From assembly GCA_904063045.1 (NCBI GenBank), contig CAJFCJ010000005.1, positions 1,503,988 to 1,567,987 of the forward strand: a DNA stretch of 64,000 bases. Reading direction: 5' to 3'. Source of the stretch: Dimorphilus gyrociliatus (lineage: Eukaryota > Animalia > Annelida). Under the pieces are notes generated by a model. That model saw nothing but the letters and a program-made list of their open reading frames with translations, was not told where the DNA came from and made no database searches. This document shows, in pieces, positions 41,191-56,900 of this stretch; position 1 is the stretch's first letter, and every line of letters starts with the position of its first letter. The position numbers and the translations under genes were made by a program.

Positions 41191-42467
41191 CTATGCGTAA
41201 TATTCTTTTGATGGGGCCTTTTGATAACCCATATGGGCTGGAGATCTTCCTCTCTTACTAGGTTCATCCAAAGCATAGGATCCTTCGTCTTTTTTCTTCA
41301 TACGGTACACGAGAAACATTACCAACAAGACAGCGCATAATAAACCAACTACTGCTCCACCAATTATAGCGGCTAATAAACCCGGATGACCTAAGAAAGA
41401 CGACCTTAAAGCAGAACTGGGTGGTTTAGGTTCTCCAGATGATGTTGCGGTAACAACTGAGATATCTACTCCTGAAGACATTAATAATTTGTTATAAAAA
41501 TTGCGATCGATAGCAAGAAATTTAATACAAACTTTCTGTATCGGTTTTCGTCTTTTGGGTTCCTAAAAATAGAAAAGCAGAAAATTTATATTTTTAGCTT
41601 CTAAATAGGTTTTTTTCTTGTTTAGATTATTGAAAAAGAAAGCATTAAGAACATGTGATCTCTTCTCCATACGGAGACAAATTGACAATAATAGTTTTAA
41701 TATTCCAACATTCTTTAATTTCTGCCTACCTGGACAATCTACTTTATCTCCCATCTTATTTGCACAATAAGATTCCCCAAATTCGTTTATTTGATGCGTT
41801 TCGAAAAAGCCTTTTTCATCGCATTTGTAAGCAAAAGTTGACTTTTTATTTCTGTTCTTATAATCTCTATTGGCGTCGAAGCATGGTTTTGCTGTGGTAG
41901 GCATTACAAAAAAAAACAATCTCATTAAAACGTGAACTCAAGCGTTCTTTTAAAAAAAATATTAAGTCAAATTGAAGAGTCTATAAGCATATTAGTTTAG
42001 AAAAGCGTGTTTAAAACTATTGTATTATTTACAAGAATTTTATTATTCTTGCATATTTTTTTATCACACGGCAGATTAGGCATTAAATTTAAAATGCATT
42101 AAAACAAGCAATAAATTATTTTGTGTTATGTGGTTGTCAATCGACTATTTTGACCTTACCATTGTCTCCTGAAGACAGATCTGTATTTTTTAATTTTTAT
42201 ATTAGGAAAGTGTAACTTAACAAAATGTTTATCCACTTAATGGAAACTCTTGAACTTTTAAAGTTTTTTGTTTTGTTATAAAATATTCTTTTACATATTT
42301 TAAAAATAAAACTTTTAATAACTGACTTTCGCCCTCAGAGGAACCCATATCATCATTAGCGGGTTCTTCATCATCATAATCATCGTCATCCTCGTCATCA
42401 TCGTTGTTAGGTAATCTATATCCTCCTGAGCCACCATTGTCATTTGCTGATGCAATATCTGGCACTT
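41191..42467 (-). CDS. sdc: Syndecan (5' signal-peptide exon not located); exons 42467-42327, 42180-42160, 41891-41730, a short exon near 41562-41533, and the TM/cytoplasmic exon ending at 41191
   Basis: Acidic SG heparan-sulfate sites (GGSGG..DDDEDDD..GSSEG), [29 protein letters not shown]1 [11 protein letters not shown]2 KEYYA*. Confidence 0.95.
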
Positions 42468-43585
42468 CTAATTTCTAAAAGTAATAATTTTGTCTTTTAA
42501 AACAAATTACAATTTAGTCAGGTGTTAACCTTATTAGGCCCTTCGACATATATCGTATTATCGTCATCTTTCTTGATATTCTGATAAAATTAAAATATCT
42601 CATTAGTATGATATCACTTACGGCATTTCCTGCAGAAAACTCTATCTTTGCAACAGAAACATAGATAGATTTACCCCTTTGCAAAAGAGTTATATTACAT
42701 TTTATGAATGTACAGGCTATATTGTTCATATATACTAATATATATACTAACATATGATATATTTAACTCAAGATTACAAGATTTTTTTTTCTTGAGAAGA
42801 ATTTGAGTGATATATTATAGCATTTTGATGTATTTTTAACATTTTACTGGAATACACTTAAAGAGACTATTTGCTCTTGATTAGGCACGATTTGTTATTT
42901 GCGATTCTGGCCGGCTCAACAGCGGACATGAATAATCTTTCAACATAAAATTAGGCTACAACACTTTTTACATATTGTTCGCCCTGTTTTATCAATATAT
43001 TCTATCAATATAATCGGGTCAACGATAATAACAAATTTTTATGCAGCTCCATGCTAGTAAACCATTAAAAACCAATTACATCAGAAGTGTGAATTATACA
43101 CGTGTGTTAGTCACTACTCAAATCTTGCGGCATATGGCAAGTTAAAGATTATAATAACTATATGAAAGGGAAAATAAACTTAATTTATTTAATATTGGTC
43201 ATATAGGCTGGAATATAATACACAATTAGATGAAAAGCTTACCTCTCTCTCTTTACTTCTTACGATTGTCACATGAACGATTAAGAGGAGCAAAAATAAT
43301 TTTTTAATCATAATGAATTGTTAGATGAGTTACATTCGTATAATTATCCCGATTTGCCTCGAAAACAAGTACGATTAACAAAAATAGTAAGCTGCACACA
43401 TTAACAAAACATTGCACTACTTTCCTACTTTTTGTGTTCATGCGCAGCAAAAGAACTATTTTTTCACTTTTATTTCGTATTTTGTCAATAGTTTGTCACC
43501 AAATTTTTATTAGCGGTTTATAGCAAAATATAATAGACTTTAAAATTTTTTTAAAAATGAATACGTAAAATTTCTGATTTATCAA

Positions 43586-43594
43586 CTTCCTTTT
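43586..43594 (+). promoter_or_regulatory. TCT/5'TOP polypyrimidine initiator of RPS3
   Basis: CTTCCTTTT lies 10 nt upstream of the RPS3 ATG, the typical position for ribosomal protein genes. Confidence 0.65.
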
Positions 43595-43604
43595 ACAACT
43601 CAAG

Positions 43605-44543
43605 ATGGCGACGACGGGAAATTTGTCGAAGAAAAAGAAGGTTTTTGCTTTTTCTACTATACTAATACTAACTATAGGTTTTAGAAATACTGCTCATATA
43701 ACAATCAATTGATATGTGCCGTAGCTTGTTCATTAAATTTAACGATCTTTGAGATAATTGGTGATTTTAAACGTCGTGCTTTGAACAGTTCGTCTTGGAC
43801 GGTGTATTTAAAGCCGAATTAAATGAATTCTTCACTCGTGAGTTGGCCGAAGACGGCTACAGCGGTGTTGATGTACGCGTAACTCCTACAAGAACTGAAA
43901 TCATCATTCTAGCCACTCGTACCCAAAGCGTTTTGGGTGAAAAAGGCAGACGAATCCGTGAACTAACAGCCGTTGTACAGAAAAGGTTCAAGTTTCCGGA
44001 AAACTCTGTTGAGGTATATTTATAATATTTCGGAATAGCTCTGTAAATAATTTGTGCATTCTACAGTTGTACGCCGAAAAAGTAGCCGCCCGTGGACTCT
44101 GCGCTATCGCTCAATGCGAATCTTTAAGATACAAATTGATCGGTGGTTTAGCTGTAAGAAGAGCATGCTACGGTGTAGTTAGATTTATTATGGAATCAGG
44201 AGCTAGAGGATGTGAAGTTGTCGTCTCTGGAAAATTGAGAGGACAGCGTGCAAAGAGTATGAAATTCGGAGATGGTCTTATGATCCACAGTGGTGAACCC
44301 TGCAAGCAGTATGTCGACACCGCTGTTCGCCACGTTCTCCTTCGTCAAGGTATGTTGGGAATCAAGGTTAAGATCATGTTGCCGTTCGATGCTACTGGAA
44401 AACTTGGACCCAAGAAACCATTGCCTGACAACGTAAATATTTCCCAAGTAAAAGAAGAGGTTCTTCCAACTGAGCCACGTAGCGAACCTCCAAAGGATAC
44501 TAGACAGGCACCCCCCGTGGCAGCGCAAGCGGCGCCTCAGTAA
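43605..44543 (+). CDS. RPS3: 40S ribosomal protein S3 (uS3), 3 exons
   Basis: [12 protein letters not shown]|[27 protein letters not shown]...|[24 protein letters not shown]...GPKKPLPD. Confidence 0.99.
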
Positions 44544-44637
44544 AAACTTATGTGCATTGGTGTATTATTCAAATACACGTAAGAAATATGAACATAACGA
44601 TTGTTATTATGACACTTTACTACTTCTGCATTCCGAA

Positions 44638-47651
<3,014 letters not shown>

Positions 47652-49087
47652 TGTAGTATAAAATTCGGAAAATCTGGTTAAAGGTTCTATTTCGCGGAAT
47701 GCTAATGGTGGGATATACAAGGCCATTGGTTTTCATCATTGCACGTGCAGGGTACGTGGTACTTTAAGGAAATAGAAAATCCATAGAAGAATTGCACATT
47801 TTATTTCAACGACTTTTTAAATAAAGGTAAGAACGTTTGTGAAAAATAACTGTAATATGTTGCATTCTTACATGATGTCAAAACTAAAAATAAAGCATGT
47901 ATCAATACATTTTAGACTGTTTGTTATGTTACTATTATTAAACTAAATAACAATCTATAAAACAATTTTATAAAGCTGTGTTTATGACATTAGAAACTAG
48001 TTGGTCTCGCAAGACTTATCATATAGAATTTATTTGAGGCTTGTTCACAATCATTTATAGTTAAACTACAACCTTTTTTATTACAAAATCTTCATATGTT
48101 ATGATAATATATAGGCTTAGTTATGGATATGTAAATAACCATTGGTGTGGAAAATGTGCAGAAATATAAATTAATTATTAACAAAAATTTGCAATTGGCT
48201 TTTAAACATTTATAAATGTTTCTATTGCCTAAGGAAATTAAATACAAATTGGTCTATGCAGTTAGTAACACTTTATTTTGCATTGTTTTTTTTTTGTAAT
48301 GGATCTAATGCCTAACATATATTGAAAAACTATGGTATAGTTAAATGATGAAAGTATCAGTTTTTTTTGATAAATGTAAAAAAAAACCACTGAAAAACAA
48401 TCGAAATACTTTGAATGAACTTCAATCATCATATCTAATAAAACATTATGTAACAATGTCTGAAAAATTAATATTACTTACAAATTTGGACTCTTTACTT
48501 CCTTAAATTATTTTTTAACGGTTTAACCTCTTTGAATTTACCAGTCCTGTATAAAAATTATATAAATTAACCTCCACCAAGCAAATGCTAATAAAGAAAA
48601 AAAGATGATTATCATAATATTAACTTTACTATTTTTATTTAGTAATGAGATAGTTATTAAACAATAAATTTTATAGTTGTAAGGGAAATGAGCGAAAAGT
48701 TGTATATCTAAATTAACTTCACATCTTCTACAAAAACTTTCCTTGTTGTAGTTGGTAACTTGAAATTATCTCATGGTGAACTTCATTTGGCAGCTTAGTG
48801 TTTTTAATATTTGAAATGTATCTTAATATTAGGACATAGTATTTGTATTCAACAAACATGTTTACGTAAGTAACTAAACAATGTTAGTTGATTATTGAAG
48901 AGGCATGTATGGGGATATCTAATCTTAACATATTAAGATTTATATTTAGCCGTAACAGGCTCGGATTATCACCGTGTCTATCTATATAAAGATTGAGCTT
49001 TTTTATATAAAGTTCATTTACGTTCAAACGTATCTCAAGAAAAGCTAAAATATAAACTTGAATAAAAGTTGAATTAAATTTTAGAAA

Positions 49088-49318
49088 ATGGCTTCTATAC
49101 CGTTTGCTGCATATAAAGCTGGTAGTATACATGAGAATATGAGAAAAGCTATGAGATCAAGAGCATCTAGTGGATCATCAGTACCACAAAAGACAACCCC
49201 TGCGATACCAATGAAACAAAAATCTGAATCCTTCTCAGAGAGAGGAACTGGCGGAGTCTTCGACAACTTACGCAAGCTTGTTTTGAGTAAAAGAGCCAGC
49301 TCTGACGAATCCGTATAG
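49088..49318 (+). CDS. Putative 76-aa single-exon microprotein
   Basis: GC-richer island in AT-rich flanks, AAAATGG start context directly after a TTTTAG acceptor; no recognisable domain. Confidence 0.5.
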   Translation: MASIPFAAYKAGSIHENMRKAMRSRASSGSSVPQKTTPAIPMKQKSESFSERGTGGVFDNLRKLVLSKRASSDESV

Positions 49319-50376
49319 CCTACCGAGTAAATGAAAATATTCCTTCTTTCATGGAATGGATTAATTTTCATCACGAAGATTTGAAAACTGTTTTAACGAT
49401 ACGTATAATGTAATTAGCGACATGCTTTAAGCCTGTGAAATATCATTTGATGAATCTTGGTAATATGTTATTGAAAAATGTTTTATTAACTGTATATTAA
49501 ATGTAAAACAGACAGTATCTAATTGTAACTTTTTTATTTATTCATTTATATACTCGTTCTGCTCTGAACACATAAGATCTTTTAACAGCTTTTTTTAATG
49601 ATTTTTTTTCGTTTGTATATGAAAAACAAAGCATCTTCTCTGAAACAAAAGTATTTTTTAATGTTAATATACTTAAATATACTTTAACTTATTATATATC
49701 ACATGGATCCTTTTAGGTCAAAAAGACTCAATGACTTATCTGCCAGAGTATTCAAAGATCAGCTGCAAAGATAAAATTGAGAATAGGCTGAATTTTGCAA
49801 AGTTATTTCTAGTCATTCCTTAAGCAATCAGCTCACGATTAGTTTCATATTTCTTCTTTGTTTTCTCTCACTATCCCTTCTGCACTGAACTATTGCAGTG
49901 CTAATGATCGTTTGAAGAAATAAAGAACTTTTTAAGAGTAGTCGGTGAGAATCAATAATATCGTTCATTAGACGTATGCAATTACTTTATTTATCAGTAT
50001 CGGTTAACTCTTTGTTATTTTGTCGAACGATAAAGTGACTTCTTGAAAGGCATCTTTAATTATGAATTAAACGTCCTTGTCCTTGTATTAGATTATTACA
50101 GATATTACAAGTTGTCCAGCTACCTAAATGTTAATAATTCTTCTTATTTACAAAATTAGCTTAATTTATTTGAAATTTTACTACATCATGGTAATAATTT
50201 TATTATTACGTGTTGATTGGGTGAAGTTTCTTCGGTAGGGGGCGTTTTATGATGTATATTTGATTGAAATTGATTTACGGCCAAGTCATTCCTCCAAGTT
50301 TCATCTAAAGTTTCAAGCGTTCCCTTAATCGTTTATAAAACGAACAGCTTATCGGCAACAATTGCAGAATTACAAA

Positions 50377-52011
50377 ATGGTAAATATTATTAATACTTCT
50401 CTCTCTTATACTCTCTTAACGAATTTTTGAATTATATTCAATGATGCTTTACTGATTTTATTTTATTATACAGTAGTAGCGTATTTTCTTATAGGGTATT
50501 GTTTTAAGTGTTGCTTTATAGGTTTCATTTTCGCGATAATTGAAAATTTTCATTTGAAAACAGTTGAATCTTATTACAATTAAAATTAAATATGAATAAG
50601 AGAGCCCGTTTTTACCAATTCGCTTCCATTACAGGCAGATATCAAGAAAGCGTTTCCTGACAATAGATTGAAAGGTGAGTGTTCGATTAGGTTGGCATTT
50701 GTTACATTTCTGCAAACTGAAATGTCAGTACATACGCTGTGAATGATATGCTAGTCGCATATTTGCAGAAAAAATCTGTACTGGAATTATTCAAACTGTA
50801 TAATTATGCAGCGATTAACGACGTCTGACACCTAAATGAGCTCCCATGTAAATTAAGCTTTTACATAATCTACGATAGAGCTTGACACCCTGAAATTATA
50901 TGTACAACTGACCATAAACTAATTTACTTTAAAAAATAGATCCTCTTCAATTCGTCACAAATCCTCCTTTAATTCCTATTTTGTGGGGAATGAATAAAAT
51001 TGGCTCTTTTAGCTCACTCTAGTGACATAAACTAAAACTTCCTCCTTAAAAAGACCATCTCGCTTACTAAACCGAATACAGTCAATTAAATAGGGGCTTT
51101 TTACACTGCAAACACCCCTTGCAGTAGTACCTATTGACAATTACGCCTGTTCCGGCAAACCATAGTAAAAGGGCTGTTTGTTAACTAGGCCTAACCACTT
51201 ATTACTCCATCGATCCCTCTGATTAAATATTTGATAAAAAATTTGCAGATTTGCAATCCGCCTTCTTAATTTTTGATCAAAATAAGGATGGAAAAATTAC
51301 CAAAGACGAGTTGCAATCGGTCTTGGAGGAGGCTGGTGCTGACTTTACAACAAATCAGATTGAAACCTTCATGAAGAGAGTAGACGCGGATGGTATGTAG
51401 CTTTCTATTAAATTTACTTTGAAACTATCTCTATTACTCTTCGGGAAAGATATTAAAAGTATGATTTCGGGAAGGCAAACATCATAGATTTATATATGAT
51501 ATAGCGTGAAGTCTTTATAAAATCATACGCTTATTTGATCTGTATTCGAAAGGCAATGGGTCGATTGATTATCACGAGTTTTGCTCTATAATGAAGGATA
51601 TTGTCAGTACTGCTGATCAAGTAGAAACGAAGTTTGATGCCGCTTTTCATGCAATGGATCTAGACGGCGATGGTAAAATTAGTCAATCGGTTAGTAATAT
51701 ATCTAATCAAATTCACTATTGGCGTATATATCAGAATCTTATGGCGCCATCTTACGCATTTCGCTCTTTTTTTTTTTTACAAAAAGGAACTCCAACAAGC
51801 AGTTCGCGAATTGGGGGATGAACTGAGCGATCAAGAGGCTTTGGAAATTATTAAAACAGTCGATAAGGACGGTGACGGTCACATTAATTACGAAGGTTAG
51901 TAAATACAAAAATCGTGTTTCACTGTTTTTTACCGACAATCGATCCATATAATTTCTTCGATTTTTCCAGAATTTGTCACCATGATGTACTGCCTACAGT
52001 TAAATGTTTAG
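50377..52011 (+). CDS. Calmodulin-like 4-EF-hand protein (ATG-only first coding exon)
   Basis: M|ADIKKAFPDNRLK|DLQSAF...; EF loops DQNKDGKITKDE, DADGNGSIDYHE, DLDGDGKISQSE, DKDGDGHINYEE. The intron right after ATG is a calmodulin-family hallmark. Confidence 0.88.
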
Positions 52012-53915
52012 ATTAAAAGCAGTTCAGTAAAGAGCATGAATCTAAATGTCCTCTCCCTAATTGTTTCTCTCATTTTTTTTAGCTTAATTAGCATAATGTT
52101 GTATACTGTATGGTACTTGGTTTACCATATTGCATTCTATTGTAGTAGCTAAACTATGTAGGGTTATATATTTATACGTATGTAGAAAAATGTATTCAAT
52201 ATATAATATACGCAGTTTTTCAGTATGTAGATTAGTTGCTCTCTATTTATAATAGCAAAGTTAACCTTTCAATCCATAATTTTCAAATGAATTCTTCCTC
52301 ATTCACTGTTAACATTTCATTAGTTTGTTTTTCTTTGGCTTTACTCTCTATTATTTAGTTTCATTTTGAATCTCTTAGAAGAATAATGACTCATATTATT
52401 TATTAAAAAAATTAGATGGTATTTCTATATATACCATATCAATTTGTAAAAAAATTATTAATATAACTAATAATATGTGCTATTCAGTTACATTCTGAGC
52501 AGTCATAAATTTAAACTGTTTATATTATTTTTGTCTCTGTGTTAGGTCAAAATTATTTTGCTTTAAAGTTAAATAATAAATTGAGAGAAAGAAAGAATTA
52601 TTTATTTGTCGGAGTCTAAAAAATAGGCCAAAAGTAGAAGAAAATGAAGTTACGGCCTGAGAAAACGTTTGTGAACTGAAGAGATCTCAACTTTTTCAAC
52701 GGTTTTATGCTTATGCAATACATTTTTATCGTCATACGAAATCGAATTCTTCGCATACCGAAACGATTGATTCCATTGATTTTTTTCTGGATACACTATG
52801 CATAGCCTCCCGCTAGCATTAATATTACTTTTTAACATCCCACTCCGCCCCTCTAAATAACTAAGAATAGAGAAATAATCGCTTCTTTTTTCTCTATTAC
52901 GTCTGCCACCGTCTAGTGATCGCGTCAAGAATATACAAGCAGCGCCACCTAAGCTCAATACGAAATCTTCAGTAGGTGAGGAACGCGACTGTGGTTTTGT
53001 TTGTGAATTACCAAAAAATTTAACCGTCCGTGATAATTTATAGTTCAGAAACGATTAAAATTTTTATATTGGAAGATACATTCTACAATATTCTTTCATT
53101 TTGATAGCTGTTAAGGATCTGTTTCGACTGAAAAACGTCATTTTTATTATTTTATCAGCCTATGTACATCTGGAACTTACTGAAAATTTCTTCCTTTGTT
53201 TAATCGAAGTAAGTAGATTAGATATATTTTCAGATATGTATTAGTATTGATCTGTTTGAGTTATTAAATTTTAATAAGATATGTTAGGAATGTGAATCAT
53301 AGGTAGATCGAACACGATTCATTTAAATAGCTTTCAAATTACTAATATATTGTTCAATTCGGTAGTTACTTTATAATTGATAACTTAAAGAGGCGATGAA
53401 AATGTCGGCTTTCGATAACAGGTGTCATAAAACTTGTTGTCTATAGTTTTAATCCAGTACTGGGCCTACAACTCGGCTTGTATAGGAGTGTAAAACCGCC
53501 TACGAAAAAAATAGTTTATGAATAGAATTTAGAGGCAAATAAACTTATTCAAAAACCGTATGAACGATGTTTGCTTAGTGGAACATTGCCGGCACAGTCT
53601 TTATATTCTCAGACTTATACAATATGTGACTCGGCACCTCTCGGCGCAGGATGTCGTCAGTATAGTATACAACAATTAAAATAGCTTGCTTTTGTTGTGG
53701 CGAAATATTTTTTCCAAGACCATAGTAGTCCTATAATCTTGAGCACATAAATATACAAGGCTAGTAAGGTTCAAATCTATTGACAGTTAATACGACCTTT
53801 TAAGCTGTTTATCAACTCACATTTGTAGCATTCCTTTTCAATCAGTGAATATAGCTTTTTGTCGACCAAATTACTTCCGCTTGAATATTTGAAAGTTTTT
53901 TTATATCTGTATAGG

Positions 53916-56900
53916 ATGAATGAAGAAACTAATATCCAAAAAACCGGGCGACAGTTTAGGATTACTGCTCCTGAAGATTTACAGGAAGAGGCAAGAAAAA
54001 CTATTGCGGTAACAATTTTTTCTTTGACCCTTTAACCTTAGAATATATGTGTTAGGCTTTTAAAAATAAACGTGAACTACTAGATATATAAATAGATATA
54101 CTAATATGTATCTAATTGAAAGATTTACTATAAACATTCTTTTTTTATTAGGTCATGGAAGAGCAGAAGCAAGTCAAAGCCCTTATGACCAACGACAATG
54201 ATTGGGCAGCTGTAAGTTGTTTATTGCCTTCTATTTTTATTTATATATTTTATGTAATTCGCCTTCCTTCATTCTTTAACTAGTGGAATGAGGTAAAATT
54301 GGGCGTAGTTGCATAATTCACATATTTTGATTCAGAGGGTTGAATTACAAACTGAATTGAAAAAAAAACATATGATCGAAAAACTACGTTTTATATAAAT
54401 AATAATCTAATGAGCACCATCTTTTTTTTTTAAATCACGTTTTATGGTAATGTTTGTTTTTTTATCGTGGTAAAGCGATTCATATGGACTTTTTTCCTTT
54501 CTTTTTATGCCTATAACATTCTTTTTTAAATCCGTATTGATCGTGCTGATTATAGAGTTTGGGCAACTGGAAAATGAAAATGAGACGAAAATCCACAACA
54601 AAAACTTTAGAGGAGGAAGAGCATGGCGAAGAATTACCAAATAAACAATCAAGCAAAACATTTGATCATATAATAAAAACAAATAGAATACGAAATATGT
54701 ATCCCTATGGTGATGAGATAGAAAGTGAGCAACCAAAAAAGAAAAGTGAACCTGAGGTGATAAATAAAGATGAAATACCTGATTGGGATGGAGGATTTGA
54801 AAAAAAAGAAGAGAAGAAAGTGTGGAAGCCAAAGGTGCCGTTTCAACCATCTAAACCTGAAGAAAAAAAGCCAAAAGCGTCTACGAAATACTCATCCCCA
54901 AAATCCTCAGTTCGGAGTGTGTTTTTAAAGGATGATTCGCCAAAAACCAATTATGGATTTACTACTGCGGAAGACACTTTTTCGGGATCCCCGAATAAAT
55001 TCTCAGATAGTTCAGTTGTCAAAAATGAAGTGCCAATCACTTCTCTAAAGAATAATGTTTTATCTAAGGAACCACCTAGCAGCCCAAGAAATGGACATAA
55101 ACACCCACCTGTGACACCCCGTGGTAAGGGGAATGTTTCAGCCAAAGGGAAATTCTTTGAAGAAAAATTTAAAGAGCAGCCCTCATCATCACCCCCTCCC
55201 GTTCAACCTAAACCAATTGAAACTTCGCCCTACCGCTTTTCTATTGATAAACAAACATCAGATGATGAACCTCGTCTAATTCGACGAGGATCTCCTGACT
55301 CTGGAATTGATGGAGGTGCTAATTTTGGTGGTTCATCCACACCTGGATCTGTTAAAACGACAGATGATTATGTTGATCTATCAGAAGCTAATATGGCCGA
55401 ATTAAAAAGATCAAAATTAAACTCTTCTCCAAAAAATGGAGCAGGCGAAAAGCTTTTTCACGAAAAGAATATTAGAATCAATTTAAACGGAATAACTACT
55501 AAAAAGTTTGGCTTCACTTTAAGAGGCGGCAGAGAGGATAATCAACCTTTACATATAGGAAAGGTGCAAATGGGGTCTGCAGCAGATATTAATGAATTAG
55601 AAGAAGGTGATGAACTCGTGACTGTTAATAATAAACCCGTAGCAGATCGTAATAGGAATTCCATCGAAGATCTGATCTCATCTATCGAAAAGGAGAATTC
55701 CCCATCAGTAACCCTAACTATAAGACGTTCTATGTCTAAAGGTTTATACAATCCGTTTTATTATATAAAAGTTCTAACATTACTGACAATTCGCAGACGA
55801 AATGTGCGCGTTTTCCGATTCGGAAGAAGGCAGCATGGTGGAACATAATATAAGTGAAACAGAGCACCAACAAGAGGTTGCTCACTTATCTTCAACCGAT
55901 CAAATCCCGCGTCAAGATGAATGTCGGGATTCAGTCAAGAATCCCGTCGCTGAAAGCGACGTCATTGTTGAAGAGGATGACATTGAGGAGGTGAGTGGTA
56001 TTTTGTTTTTCTTTTATAAAGCCAAAAAGCGAGAGATAAAGCACTCCTAATTCATTCAATCACTATTAACCTCTTCTTCTTCTCCTAAGTATCTAATCTT
56101 TTCTCGGTAAATTACCTCCTCAGTTTTCTTGTCAAGAAAGAGAAGCAAAGTGGCAATTGTCGCAAGAACAAAACTTGCACATTCTAAAGGATAGCCCCAA
56201 CCTAAACTCATTGATTCTTCGGTAAATATTACAACTGGGAAAAGGATAATGCAAACCATCAGCGAAAGAAGAGCGGTTACTTGCGTATAAAATGCCCAGC
56301 TATAGAGACGGTATCTTTGTCGGATGTTCCAAAAAGCTATCAAAATAAGAATGGTAGCTATACAAAGTAGACATATTGCAATTACTGAGAAAACGATGTA
56401 AATAGTTAGAGAAACGCTTCGTTCATCATTCGAAAAACAACTTCCATTCGTACAAATCGTCCATAATCCTTCACGAATTCCTGTTTTTAGTATCCAAGAA
56501 CTGGTAGCTTGAGATATCCCAAGCGATATAATCGCTATTAAGGTGAGCAGGACGGAAAGGACTTTTTGAGGCCGAGTTATAGTGACTCGTTCGAAGTGGC
56601 TGGTTGGTGCTCGCCTATTTTCCATGACGGTTTGCAAAAATCTGCTACTCGGCAAAAATAGAACGGCGCATAGCTAAACGCGTATCTAGGGCGCCTGTTG
56701 CGCAGTCGAAACTGACAGCACACTCTTGATTTACGTTAGGCCTTTATCTCTTCAAGTTATTATAAGCCCAGAGCATCACATAACATTTTCATTTCTTCTA
56801 TCATTCTAGCCTCCTCTACCTGATACCCTACCGCCAGAGCCTGATTGGTCAACTATGCCGCAAAGAAAATTGTCAAATGCCTCCTTAGAGGACCTTCTTC

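Noticed and set aside
43641-43789. Possible intronic snoRNA in RPS3 intron 1 (vertebrate RPS3 hosts U15)
   Set aside because: No C box (RTGATGA)/D box (CTGA) pair or convincing H/ACA structure seen.
51105-51124. 7-bp hairpin ACTGCAA-acaccc-TTGCAGT (and GCACTG/CAGTGC near 49881)
   Set aside because: Stems too short for a miRNA; expected by chance.
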